Below the pieces are notes generated by a model that did not search any database, was not told where the DNA came from, and was given only the letters and a program-made list of their open reading frames with translations. Of a stretch of DNA of 64,000 bases, positions 36,650-46,654 are shown piece by piece. The stretch lies in NCBI GenBank assembly GCA_034669905.1, contig JAXMOL010000007.1, positions 96,001 through 160,000 of the forward strand, given 5' to 3'. The position numbers and the translations under genes were made by a program. Every line of letters begins with the position of its first letter. The stretch's first letter is position 1. The DNA comes from Candidatus Hydrogenedentota bacterium (GTDB lineage: Bacteria > Hydrogenedentota > Hydrogenedentia > Hydrogenedentales > JAEUWI01).

Positions 36650-38506
36650 CTAATCCGCTTCACGAACAAATTTTGCGCCGCAAACGAGTACACTACATAC
36701 CAGGAAGGCCCCTACCATGGCCATCAATACCAGTTTGCTTCGCGACGGGGCCACTTTGTTGGGATTGGCCTGCGCCTGATAAAGGATAGCCGTGCCTGTT
36801 TGCGTGGCATTCTCCGTCGAAAACTCGAGCAGGGCTACTTCTTCCGCCTTGGAGGCGAGGGCCGTCCGCACGTTCTTGGTCTTGTCCGATTCCCGGGTCA
36901 GCGCGTCAATCTGGAGTTCGAAATCCGAGATACTCCTATCCAGTGCGTTGGCTTCTTCCGTCAATCGATCACGCAATTCGCTGCGGGTTTTCCGGTCCGC
37001 CTGACTGCGAAGGTTTTTGAGGGTTAACTCTTCGACGACCTTGGCCTCTTCAAGATAGTCATCTCGAAGCAGGGCAAGTGAAGTCTTCGTAGCCTCCAGT
37101 GCGGTGGTTCGGCGGTCCAGCTCCTCGGTTATCATGTCGATCTCGCTCTCCAGTTCTTCGGTGAGCTGCATGACCGCCTCTTCGCTGCGTTCCAACTGGA
37201 CCGTACTCCCACGCAGTGTCTCGGCTTTGGAGGTCAATTCGACGATGGTTTCCCGCGTCGATTGATAGAGGGGATTCAATGTTTCAGACTTGAGAGGGAC
37301 CAACATGTCGGGGTTGGGTCCGTCTTCCTTGTCCCGGTTGAGATAGAGATCCCACAAGGCGTCATCGGTTATGGCCTTATTGAGCGTGATGGTCTCCGTA
37401 ATGTCTTTGAGCTGCTCGGTGAGGGCCGAGAGGGCGGTTTCCACCGCAGGAAGCTCATCGTCCACCTTGGCTTTTTCCGCCAGAATACGCTCCATGTCGA
37501 TTTGGCTGTGCTCAAATCGTTTCTCTTTTCCCAGAAGATTCTGTTCCCGCCGGAATTTTCGCAGGGCTTCCGTCTGGCGCACCTTCTGCTCCGATAGATC
37601 CAGTACTTTCTTCGCCTGATCGGAAAGATTTTCCAGGGGGAAGGGGTAGGGTTCGTTCTTCAGCAGCGCGTCTTCCGCCACGGTGCCAATCCACTCGTTG
37701 TCTACCCGCTGCTCTTTAATACGGGCCTCTCCCTCTTCGATGGCGACTTCATTGACCGCGAGTTCAATGTCGATGTCGAGGATTTCGTCTTCCAGCATAC
37801 TGATCTTTTTCGTCAGCGTGGCCAGGCGGGCTTTCTTTAAGGTCAGGCTCGCTTCCAGTTCCTTCTCCGCCAGGGTGCTCTCCAACTCCTCCAGGGACTC
37901 GTTCGACTTCTTATACATGTCGCCGATGAAGGCTCCCAGCGCTTCGACGCCCTTGGTGTAAATTTCGCTGCTTCGGGTCTCCACCAGCGATGCCCACTCA
38001 TTGGCGATACGTTCGGCATCGGTAGCCGATTCGGCACGGGCCTTGAGAATGAGGATGGGCAGAATGTCGGAGCCACCCGCCGCACGGGATTGCTGCTTCT
38101 TAATTTCCGTTCGCAGGGTGCCCTGAAACTCCCGAAAACGGCCATCTTTACTCTGATTCTTTTCGGCATCGAGCACCAGGATGCCCTTTTCCAGCAGGGT
38201 TTCAAAGAGGGTCCAGGTAATCTCCGTGGACTCCGTCAGGGCCTGCAGCGTCTCCACCGTGAGGGTTGGGACGTCCCGAGGGGCCGGATTTTCTTCGGCG
38301 CGGTCAATGGGACGGGGGGGCTCGCGTACGATGAGGGCCGCAGAAGACTCGTACAGATTCGGCTTGGTCAGGCTATAGGCCGCCGCCAGTATGCCCACCA
38401 GCAGCGTGGTACCGATTAACGTCCATTTCCATCGGAAGAGCTCGCGGAGGATTTCGCCCAAATCCAATTCATCATACTGTTCGTGCTCTTCGACTGCCTT
38501 GGCCAT
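36650..38506 (-). CDS. Polysaccharide copolymerase / chain-length determinant (Wzz/GumC-like) with very long coiled coil and no kinase domain
   Basis: DELDLGEIL..LFRWKW + TM + P.LYES; about 400 aa of E/L/K-rich heptads; KVAPSR + C-terminal TM; ggag RBS at 38513-38516. Confidence 0.85.
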   Translation of the reverse strand: MAKAVEEHEQYDELDLGEILRELFRWKWTLIGTTLLVGILAAAYSLTKPNLYESSAALIVREPPRPIDRAEENPAPRDVPTLTVETLQALTESTEITWTLFETLLEKGILVLDAEKNQSKDGRFREFQGTLRTEIKKQQSRAAGGSDILPILILKARAESATDAERIANEWASLVETRSSEIYTKGVEALGAFIGDMYKKSNESLEELESTLAEKELEASLTLKKARLATLTKKISMLEDEILDIDIELAVNEVAIEEGEARIKEQRVDNEWIGTVAEDALLKNEPYPFPLENLSDQAKKVLDLSEQKVRQTEALRKFRREQNLLGKEKRFEHSQIDMERILAEKAKVDDELPAVETALSALTEQLKDITETITLNKAITDDALWDLYLNRDKEDGPNPDMLVPLKSETLNPLYQSTRETIVELTSKAETLRGSTVQLERSEEAVMQLTEELESEIDMITEELDRRTTALEATKTSLALLRDDYLEEAKVVEELTLKNLRSQADRKTRSELRDRLTEEANALDRSISDFELQIDALTRESDKTKNVRTALASKAEEVALLEFSTENATQTGTAILYQAQANPNKVAPSRSKLVLMAMVGAFLVCSVLVCGAKFVREAD

Positions 38507-38720
38507 GCATTGCTCCAATAATCTGCGCGGGTGTCGGGGCGGTGACGTGTCACAAGGGCCGCATCCGATACCGAGTTAAATTTTCTCACGGGGCACGAGA
38601 CGGAAATCACCCGTTCCCATGGGTTTGGACGTTTTCACCGGGCCGCAATTTACGGCCCCGTTCGTATGGACCCGATTCTATCACGCCCGTTCCAAACACT
38701 TCCAAACCGGGGATTTGCCG

Positions 38721-38750
38721 TTGATCGATTGGTAAGCTGCCGACTATAAT
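38721..38750 (+). promoter_or_regulatory. Putative sigma70 promoter for the wecA-like gene
   Basis: TTGATC-N18-TATAAT, 70 bp upstream of GTG 38821. Confidence 0.6.
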
Positions 38751-38820
38751 GGCGCGGCAAGGGAGTCCCTTTGATCCCGATCCCTATTTTTTTCTGAAAA
38801 AACGTCGGAAAGGCCCCCAG

Positions 38821-40416
38821 GTGACCGAAATCTTGCTGCTGAAAATAGTTGCTGGACTCTTTTTTGGCTGCCTGGTCGCCACGGTGATCTTGATTCCACT
38901 GGTCATGCGCCTGGCCCGAAAGGTCGGTGCGGTGGATCAGGGCGGGTACCGGAAGGTATTCGAGGGGGCCATGCCCCTGCTGGGTGGGCTCGGTATCGCG
39001 TTGCCACTGTTGGTGGCCGGCACGTTGGCGAGCGCTGCTGGATACCTGCTGCTTTGGGGCAACAACTGGAAGTGGCTCCTTCAGCATTACCCCGACCACT
39101 TCGACTTTCTCTACAGCCTCGCCTCCTACAACCGGAACGACCTGCTGCTCCTCGTGCTGGGCGGTATTGCCATTCTGGTTCTGGGGCTCGTCGACGATAC
39201 CCGCGGTATGCGGGCCCGGTGGAAGCTTCTGGGGCAAGTAGGCGTGGCCGCTTTCGTTTGTCTCGCCGGTTATGGGCTGAATACGGTAGCCCTTCCTTTT
39301 GTCGGGACCATCGAATTGGGCTTTCTGTTGGGAAGCCTGCTGACCATGTTCTGGATTGTGGGCATGATCAACGCCTTTAATCTCATTGACGGTGTGGATG
39401 GGCTTGCGTCCGGAATCGCACTCGTGGGCGTAATCGCCCTGGTAACCCTGGGCTTTCTCCAGGAAAACACCTACGTGACCTTCGTCGGTGCGGCGATGGC
39501 GGGGTGTTTGCTCGGTTTCCTGATCTACAATTTCCCGCCCGCCCGCATCTTTATGGGCGATACAGGCAGCATGTTTATCGGATTCACCCTGGCTGCCATG
39601 TCGCTCATGGGCTCCCAGAAGTCGGAAACGGCGGTCATTCTGCTCACGCCGACCCTGGCCCTCAGCTTTCCTATTTTCGAAACCCTGATCTCTATCGTGC
39701 GGCGCTATTTGCGAGGGGTCCCCATCTTTGCGGGGGACAACCACCATACCCACCATCGACTGCTGGGCAAAGGATACTCCCAGCCCCGCGTGGTCTTGAC
39801 CCTCTATGGGGTCGCTGCGTGCCTGGCCACAGCCGCCGTGCTGTCGGCCCTGATTCCCATCAACTCCCCCTGGAGCGGCGTGCCCTACGCCCTCTACGCC
39901 GGGGCCCTGGTATATATCGCCTGGTTGGCCGGGTATCTTCGGCCCACCGCCTTCCGCACCATTTTTGAGCGGCGTCAGAAAAACCGTTTGTACCATGCGC
40001 TTGCGGCCTACGCCAAGCTCTGCCTCGACAATCATGGCGGGTGTGTGGAACGGCGCCTCTTGTTGGAGCTCTGCCGGCACGAGCTGGGACTCCGCTACCT
40101 GGAGGTGCAGTTGGAGGGCGGCGCACGCCTGATGGCGTCGGAGGGCGTGCCGGCACACGTGGCCACCCTGGCGTCGGCGGAGAAGCTTCGTGTGAAGTCA
40201 TCCGATGATAAGGATGTCTTCCTCTACTATGCCTTCGTGGAAGTGCCTTCCGACAATCATCGCCAGGACGTGATAGCCTGTCTTGCGGGCATATTCGACC
40301 AGTGTATCACTGATCATGCGGGGAATCAGGGGGAAATCGAGTTGGCAGGGATTGAGGACGATGCCCCAGACCGGTCAACCGAAATATTGCCCGTCTCCGA
40401 GCCCGGGTCTTCCTGA
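38821..40416 (+). CDS. wecA: Undecaprenyl-phosphate alpha-N-acetylglucosaminyl 1-phosphate transferase (MraY/WecA family) with C-terminal extension
   Basis: P.LGGL, GLVDD, NAFNLIDGVDGLA, YNFPPARIFMGDTGS, DNHHTHHRL; GTG start inferred. Confidence 0.9.
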   Translation: MTEILLLKIVAGLFFGCLVATVILIPLVMRLARKVGAVDQGGYRKVFEGAMPLLGGLGIALPLLVAGTLASAAGYLLLWGNNWKWLLQHYPDHFDFLYSLASYNRNDLLLLVLGGIAILVLGLVDDTRGMRARWKLLGQVGVAAFVCLAGYGLNTVALPFVGTIELGFLLGSLLTMFWIVGMINAFNLIDGVDGLASGIALVGVIALVTLGFLQENTYVTFVGAAMAGCLLGFLIYNFPPARIFMGDTGSMFIGFTLAAMSLMGSQKSETAVILLTPTLALSFPIFETLISIVRRYLRGVPIFAGDNHHTHHRLLGKGYSQPRVVLTLYGVAACLATAAVLSALIPINSPWSGVPYALYAGALVYIAWLAGYLRPTAFRTIFERRQKNRLYHALAAYAKLCLDNHGGCVERRLLLELCRHELGLRYLEVQLEGGARLMASEGVPAHVATLASAEKLRVKSSDDKDVFLYYAFVEVPSDNHRQDVIACLAGIFDQCITDHAGNQGEIELAGIEDDAPDRSTEILPVSEPGSS

Positions 40417-40443
40417 GCTTTCGGGGAGGGCGCGGTCATCTGC

Positions 40444-40650
40444 CTAGTGAAGGCAGGGGATTTGGCCATCACCGGTGCTGCGGCGGTACTCTTCCGCCAC
40501 CGTCATCAACGACCCCAGCACCACGTGCTCCAGTGAAACACCGAGTTCGTCCGCGTAACGTTTCAGCGTGGATTCCAAGGTCGGCTGGGCTTCCAGGATT
40601 TTTTGGGCGGCGCTCTTTACCTCTTCGCTGATCATAAGGGGTGCGGACAT
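40444..40650 (-). CDS. Small hypothetical protein (68 aa, helical)
   Basis: MSAPLMISEEVKSAAQKILEAQPTLESTLKRYADELGVSLEHVVLGSLMTVAEEYRRSTGDGQIPCLH; gaaagg upstream; fills the gap between eda and wecA. Confidence 0.6.
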   Translation of the reverse strand: MSAPLMISEEVKSAAQKILEAQPTLESTLKRYADELGVSLEHVVLGSLMTVAEEYRRSTGDGQIPCLH

Positions 40651-40714
40651 CGTTACGGGCCTTTCCAAGGTTGTTTGCGTTACTACTCCCTTATCGACCT
40701 GAGCGAGAATTTCT

Positions 40715-41371
40715 TTAATGGCCCGACCGGGCACGTGCCACGGCCTCGGAGAAGCGCACGGCCCGCGTTCGTATTTCGTCGAACTTGCCAGCTCCAATAA
40801 GGGCATTCGACACCAGGGCCGACCCGACCCCTACGGCAGCAACGCCGGCCTGAATGAAGGTGTGGACATTGTCGGCGTCGATGCCACCTGTTGGCACCAT
40901 CGGGATTTGGGGCATGGGCGCGCTCACCGCCTTGATATAGTCCAGCCCACCCAGTGTTGCTGGAAACACCTTGATCAAATCGCCGCCCAATTCCCACGCC
41001 CGCAGGATTTCCGTCGGAGTAAAGGCACCCGGTAAGACCGGGGTTCCATAACGCCTCCCGGTTCGAATGGTTTCCTCATCCGTAATCGGACAGACCAGGT
41101 ATTCTGCCCCGGCACCGATCGCCAGGCGGGCCGTTTCTCGATCCAACACACTTCCAGCGCCGAGAAGAACATCCGCCCCGGCCAGTTCCTTGCGGGCCGC
41201 AGCGATAGCGTCCAGCGCTCCCGGCGTGGTCATGGTAACTTCCACACAGTGTATGCCCCCTTCGACCAGCGCCATGACCGTGCGCACCAGCGCGTCTCCG
41301 CCTTGGTCGGCCCGAATGATGGCGATTACACCCTTTTGTTTCAGATACATTACACGGTCGTGGTGGTCCAA
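40715..41371 (-). CDS. eda: KDPG/KHG aldolase
   Basis: IAIIR, EVTMTTPGA, GAGSVLD, PGAFTPTEI, IKVFPA, PTGGI. Confidence 0.93.
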   Translation of the reverse strand: MDHHDRVMYLKQKGVIAIIRADQGGDALVRTVMALVEGGIHCVEVTMTTPGALDAIAAARKELAGADVLLGAGSVLDRETARLAIGAGAEYLVCPITDEETIRTGRRYGTPVLPGAFTPTEILRAWELGGDLIKVFPATLGGLDYIKAVSAPMPQIPMVPTGGIDADNVHTFIQAGVAAVGVGSALVSNALIGAGKFDEIRTRAVRFSEAVARARSGH

Positions 41372-41487
41372 TGGAGGGCTCCTTTGCCTGGGAAAGTGCG
41401 TTGCCGGATGAAACGCGGGATATGCTATGCTCGCTTCTCAATGTGCATTAGCAAGGATTATGACAAACTCCGAGAAAGGACTGCACC

Positions 41488-42678
41488 ATGTGCTTCCCGA
41501 CCGCCTTCCCGACCTCCCATAAAGCCAACCCGTTGCCTGTCCTGGGAGCGGTTCTTTTTCTCCTCGTCGGCACCCTGGCCACGGCCCAGGCCGACCCCGC
41601 GCCGGGTTACACCATTCCCATTGTAGACATATCCGCGCAGACGGAGCGTCAGGTCGTGGTGGATCGGGAAGAAGGGCAATATCTTGGACATCCGACCACC
41701 GTCTTGCTGGAAGACAACACCACCATGATCGCGGTTTACCCCAAAGGCCATGGGCGTGGCCCCATCGTGATGAAGCGCAGCACGGACGCCGGTTTGACGT
41801 GGAGCGATCGATTGCCGGTCCCTGAAAACTGGGCAAGCTCCAAGGAAGTTCCGACCATCCACCGCGTCATTGACCCCCAGGGCGTCAAGCGATTGATCAT
41901 GTTCTCCGGTCTGTATCCCATTCGTATGGCCGTTTCCGAAGACGACGGCGCCACCTGGTCGCCCCTGAAATCTATTGGAGACTTCGGTGGCATCGTGGCC
42001 ATGGGCTGTGTGGAGCGTCTGAAAAATGGCAACTATATCGCACTCTTTCACGACGATGGTCGTTTCATCAGTGGCAGTGGATCGAAGGCCGCCCCGCCCG
42101 AAGGGGGCCCTGTATTTAAGGTCTATCAGATCGAGTCCAAAGATGGTGGGCTGACCTGGGGCGGGCTTCGCGTTATCGCGACCCATCCCGAAGCCCATCT
42201 GTGCGAACCGGGTATTTTTCGTTCCCCCGATGGCAATCAATTGGCCGTTCTCCTGCGCGAGAACAGCCGGAAGTTCAATTCGTTTCTGATCACCTCCGAA
42301 GATGAAGGGGCTACCTGGTCGGAGCCCCGTCAGGTCCCGGCCTCCCTCACCGGCGATCGACACACGGGCAAATATGCCCCCGACGGCCGTCTCTTCATCT
42401 CGTTCCGGGATACCACGCGTCAGAGTCCGACCAAAGGGGATTGGGTCGGCTGGGTTGGCACCTATGACGATATCGTCAACGGACGGGACGGCCAATACCG
42501 TGTCCGGATTATGGACAATCACAAAGGGGCGGACTGCGCCTATCCTGGCGTAGAGGTGCTCCCCGATGGAACCTTCGTGACGACGACCTATGGGCACTTT
42601 GCACCCGATGCGAAGCCCTATGTGGTCAGCGTGCGTTTCACCCTCGAAGAGTTGGATACCTTGCTGGCTACACAGTAG
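41488..42678 (+). CDS. Secreted sialidase-like (BNR/Asp-box beta-propeller) protein
   Basis: Signal peptide; four Asp boxes STDAGLTW, SEDDGATW, SKDGGLTW, SEDEGATW; LCEP, DCAYP. Confidence 0.85.
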   Translation: MCFPTAFPTSHKANPLPVLGAVLFLLVGTLATAQADPAPGYTIPIVDISAQTERQVVVDREEGQYLGHPTTVLLEDNTTMIAVYPKGHGRGPIVMKRSTDAGLTWSDRLPVPENWASSKEVPTIHRVIDPQGVKRLIMFSGLYPIRMAVSEDDGATWSPLKSIGDFGGIVAMGCVERLKNGNYIALFHDDGRFISGSGSKAAPPEGGPVFKVYQIESKDGGLTWGGLRVIATHPEAHLCEPGIFRSPDGNQLAVLLRENSRKFNSFLITSEDEGATWSEPRQVPASLTGDRHTGKYAPDGRLFISFRDTTRQSPTKGDWVGWVGTYDDIVNGRDGQYRVRIMDNHKGADCAYPGVEVLPDGTFVTTTYGHFAPDAKPYVVSVRFTLEELDTLLATQ

Positions 42679-42768
42679 CGGCGCGCTGCCGAATGTATCG
42701 GGCAGCCAGGAGGCCGTGTCCGCAGCCGGACACCCAACGTACACACCAAGATTACAGGCGTTAATTCC

Positions 42769-45099
42769 ATGAAATTCAGATTGATTGTATGCACGTTTTT
42801 GCTCGCCCTGGGGTCAGGAGGCGTTTCCGCAACCGAGTTGGGGGACGTCGCATTCCGACAGGCGCTCCTCGATGTCGAAACAGACCTGCGCCTCATGTGT
42901 GTTGCAGCCCATCCGGATGACGAAGACGGAGCGACCCTGTCCTATTACCGAATGCTTCACGGCATCGAAACCCACGCGGTAATTGCGACGCGGGGGGAAG
43001 GTGGTCAAAACGAAAAGGGGCCCGAGCTCTACAATGCGCTTGGCGTGATTCGTACCCGCGAGATGCGCGCCGCTGCCGCCATCGAGGGGGCCCAGCTCCA
43101 TTTCTTGAATCTGCCGGAATTCGGGTATTCCAAGACGGCCGAAGAGACCCTCGAAATCTGGGGGGAACAGGTCGCCCTGGAGCGTATGGTGCGGGTCATC
43201 CGTGAAACGCGGCCCCACGTCATAATCACCAACCACGGCCGTCTTAAAGACCACGGTCACCACCAGGCCATTGGGGCCATTCTTCAGCGCGCCTTCGATG
43301 TCGCGGGTGACCCGAGTCAGTTTCCGATCCACCGCAGTCAGGGGCTGGAGCCCTGGCAGCCCTTGCGCCTCTACATCCGGGATTTCAAGGGCAGCGAAGG
43401 GGCGGTGGCCAACGATATCGCCACCCTGGAGCCCATTCGGGGAAAAACGATCGCAGAAATTGCGGCCAGTGCCCTGGAAGTCCATGAATCCCAGGGGATG
43501 CGCTTCTTCATTGACCTCCTCCTGTCGACCCAGCCGCGCTCCTTCTATCAGCTCGTGTTGAACAAGCGCGTCGGGGACGTGACCGCGAAGCTCACCGGAA
43601 GAGGGCCCCTGTTTGAAGGGTTGCCGTGGGTGGAAGATGAGAATCGCCCCCAGTTGGATTCCCGTACCGTCAGCCGGGAAGCGGCGAAACCGGTCCTCCT
43701 GTCCTGGCTCGCCGCGAACGAAGATATGCGCACCGGTTCCTTCGATGAACGGGCCCGTTGGGCGGCGGTCAATCGGGCCGCCATCCAGGCGGTGGAACTG
43801 CGGCTCACGACCTCGTTGAGTGATTCGGTGGCGACACCGGGACAAGATGTAAGCATTTCGGCTTCCTTGATTGACTTCGGCGAGCAGGATAGCATCGTCG
43901 CGGATATGGAGTTGACCCACCACCATGGTTTGAACGCCCTCGGCCGCCAGAAGGTGGAGGCTCCCCTTCATCGCACCGGCACCGCCCAGGGCGAGTTCAA
44001 GGTGGCAATCACAGCGGATGCGGACCTGACCTTGCCGCACGCGCCCCGTCTGTTCGACGCCCATTTTCTGGAGCCACAATTGTCCATTGATGCGGAAGTC
44101 ATCTGTGGCAATGCCCTGCTCCATCTTACGGCGCCCGTTTATCTCGACGTGGCGGCACCCCTCACCATCGCATGTCCAGACGCGCCCCTTCTGGTGCGTC
44201 CGGCGAATGCCGGGGCCTTCCCGGTTCGACTGCTCGTCACCAACAATACGCCCGACGCATTGGCGGAATTCCTGAGTCTCGTCGTACCAGACGGTTGGCA
44301 GGTGACGCCGAAGCGGCAATCCCTTTCTCTGGCGCGAGAAGGGGAACAACGCTTTGCCACCTTTTCCGTCACCCCGCCCGAAGGCGTAGCACCCGGGGAT
44401 TACCCGTTGGCGGCCCAGGTTGTGGGAGCAACCACATCTACCGAAATTGCGCTGCGTGTAGTCGATGTGGCGGTGCCGGAGGCGATTCGCGTCGGCGTAA
44501 TCCAGAGTTACGACGATACCTTCGTGACGACCCTGGAGAAGCTGGGTGTGCCCCACGAGACGCTCCAGATCGAGGATTATGTGGAAGAGCGGCTGGATGC
44601 CTTCACGGCCATCATTGTGGACATTCGCGCCTACCAGTACCGACCTGATCTGGTGGCCAACAATGCGTCGTTGCTCGACTATGTGGCCCGCGGGGGCACC
44701 CTGCTTGTCATGTACCAGAAGACCTTCGACTGGAATGATTCCTACGCGCCCTATCCCATTACCTTGTCGCGTAACCGTGTGACCCGTGAGGATGCGCCGA
44801 TCACGATGCTCGAACCCGCGCATCGGCTCTTTACGACGCCCAACCAAATCGGAGCGGGCGATTGGTCAGGCTGGCTACAGGAACGGGGACTCTATTTTCC
44901 GGTGACCTGGTCCGCAGAGTATACACCGCTGATCGCCACGGCCGATCCGGGAGAAGAGTTGCCTCCCGGCTCCTATCTCGTGGCCACCCATGGTAAAGGG
45001 CAGTATGTGTATACCGCGCTCGGCTGGTATCGTCAACTGCGGATGCTTCATCCCGGTGCCCTGCGCTGTTTTGCCAATATGCTCACGCCTGCCCCCTGA
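42769..45099 (+). CDS. Secreted PIG-L family de-N-acetylase with NEW3-like Ig domain and C-terminal glutamine-amidotransferase-like domain
   Basis: AAHPDDE, TRGEGGQN, RT.EM..A, FGYSK, HGHHQ; VPDGW.V.P; YV..GGTLLV.YQ, W..W.QERGLYF, RQL...PGA.R.FAN. Confidence 0.88.
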   Translation: MKFRLIVCTFLLALGSGGVSATELGDVAFRQALLDVETDLRLMCVAAHPDDEDGATLSYYRMLHGIETHAVIATRGEGGQNEKGPELYNALGVIRTREMRAAAAIEGAQLHFLNLPEFGYSKTAEETLEIWGEQVALERMVRVIRETRPHVIITNHGRLKDHGHHQAIGAILQRAFDVAGDPSQFPIHRSQGLEPWQPLRLYIRDFKGSEGAVANDIATLEPIRGKTIAEIAASALEVHESQGMRFFIDLLLSTQPRSFYQLVLNKRVGDVTAKLTGRGPLFEGLPWVEDENRPQLDSRTVSREAAKPVLLSWLAANEDMRTGSFDERARWAAVNRAAIQAVELRLTTSLSDSVATPGQDVSISASLIDFGEQDSIVADMELTHHHGLNALGRQKVEAPLHRTGTAQGEFKVAITADADLTLPHAPRLFDAHFLEPQLSIDAEVICGNALLHLTAPVYLDVAAPLTIACPDAPLLVRPANAGAFPVRLLVTNNTPDALAEFLSLVVPDGWQVTPKRQSLSLAREGEQRFATFSVTPPEGVAPGDYPLAAQVVGATTSTEIALRVVDVAVPEAIRVGVIQSYDDTFVTTLEKLGVPHETLQIEDYVEERLDAFTAIIVDIRAYQYRPDLVANNASLLDYVARGGTLLVMYQKTFDWNDSYAPYPITLSRNRVTREDAPITMLEPAHRLFTTPNQIGAGDWSGWLQERGLYFPVTWSAEYTPLIATADPGEELPPGSYLVATHGKGQYVYTALGWYRQLRMLHPGALRCFANMLTPAP

Positions 45100-45250
45100 G
45101 TCTTGGTTGATACGGGGTATTCGACCGAGAGAATCCAGAATTACTTGTCCGTCGGCGCGGAAATCCTGTGCTATAGTGTAAGTGGCCGGGCAGGTTCGCA
45201 GTGAGACGGAAGCCACTGTCCAGGGAATTTCAGGTGGAAGGGTCGTATCA

Positions 45251-46642
45251 TTGAGGCATAACATTCTCATCGTAGACGATGCGGAAATGAACGTAAAGAT
45301 ACTCGATCGCATGCTATCCGAGCTGGGCCATTGCATTGTGCCCGCCTACTCGGGCGAAGAGGCGCTTGCGCTTGCTGACAAGCATGACTTTTCGGTCGTG
45401 CTGCTCGACGTCAAGATGCCCGGGATGGACGGATACGAAGTGGCCCGGCGTCTCCGTGAAAAAACGGCACCGAATTATCTTCCCATCCTCTTCGTAACCG
45501 CCTCGGCCGACCAGGAGGTCGAAGTAACCGATGGGTATACGTCCGGCGGTGTGGATTATCTGATCAAGCCGGTTAAGCCCGCGATCGTGCGCCGAAAGGT
45601 AGAGATTTTCTGCCAACTCCAGGAGAAGGAAAAGCAGATTGGTGCCCAGTTAACCCGTATCGAAGCGCAGAAAGCCCAGCTGGAAACCCAGTTGGATGAA
45701 ATGCGCCTGCTGGAATCGGCCCGCGTAGAGAGTGAAATTCGTTATCGCTCGCTGGTGAGCCTCTCTCCCCAGCCCATCATCGTACAAGTCGGTGGAGAGT
45801 TGGTTTTTTACAATACGTCGGCCATGCACCTGTTCGGGGTCTTCGAAGATTCTGCGATGACGGGGCGACCATTTCATAGCTTCGTTGTTGAGGAAGACCG
45901 ACACGGCGTACAGCAGTGGATCGAGGAGATAGAGCGACGAGGAGGGCGCAGCGAGCCTATCGAGTGCACCTTAGAGTCCCATGATCCCACCCGGGAAAAG
46001 CGGCAGGTGGAACTGCACGCCTGTTGCATCCTCTATGATGATAAAGAGGGGGTGCAGATGGCCATTCAAGATGTTACCGAGCACAAAATCATGGCCGAGA
46101 AGTTGCGCACGTTATCACAGGTGGACGGGCTGACCGGCGTCTGGAATCGGCGCAGTTTTGATGAGCAGATTGAAAAAGAGATCCGGCGCCACATTCGCAG
46201 CGAAAAGTCGTTGGGGCTCATCATGATCGATCTTGATCAGTTTAAGAAATTCAACGACAATTATGGCCATCATGAAGGGGATGGTTGTCTCAAAGGGACT
46301 GCGGATGCCATGCAGAAGGTGTGCGCCCGACCCGCCGACATGGTATCCCGTTACGGCGGGGAAGAGTTCGTTGTGCTACTTCCAGAAACCGGTGCGGAAG
46401 GGGCCAAACACCTGGCCTCCAGGCTGGTGGCCGAGGTCCATGCATTGGGGATCCGCCACGAACACAACCGTGGTCACGGGGTGGTGACCATCAGTTGTGG
46501 CGTGACGTCTCAGGTTCCCGGTCGCGATGCGACGCCCGCGCAATTCATCGAAGCGGCGGACGGCGCCCTTTATTTTACGAAGCAGAATGGCGGCAATGGC
46601 GCGTATCTGGACACCGAGGCCAATACTTCGGTGGATTCGTAA
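45251..46642 (+). CDS. Diguanylate cyclase (REC-PAS-GGDEF)
   Basis: ILIVDD, LLDVKMPGMDGYE, DYLIKP; PAS ending QDVTE; DGLTGVWNRR, RPAD I-site and RYGGEEF; TTG 45251 preferred over GTG 45182. Confidence 0.93.
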   Translation: MRHNILIVDDAEMNVKILDRMLSELGHCIVPAYSGEEALALADKHDFSVVLLDVKMPGMDGYEVARRLREKTAPNYLPILFVTASADQEVEVTDGYTSGGVDYLIKPVKPAIVRRKVEIFCQLQEKEKQIGAQLTRIEAQKAQLETQLDEMRLLESARVESEIRYRSLVSLSPQPIIVQVGGELVFYNTSAMHLFGVFEDSAMTGRPFHSFVVEEDRHGVQQWIEEIERRGGRSEPIECTLESHDPTREKRQVELHACCILYDDKEGVQMAIQDVTEHKIMAEKLRTLSQVDGLTGVWNRRSFDEQIEKEIRRHIRSEKSLGLIMIDLDQFKKFNDNYGHHEGDGCLKGTADAMQKVCARPADMVSRYGGEEFVVLLPETGAEGAKHLASRLVAEVHALGIRHEHNRGHGVVTISCGVTSQVPGRDATPAQFIEAADGALYFTKQNGGNGAYLDTEANTSVDS

Positions 46643-46654
46643 GAGGTGTTTCCC

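Noticed and set aside
42814..44847. 677-aa minus-strand ORF
   Set aside because: Antisense shadow of the PIG-L gene
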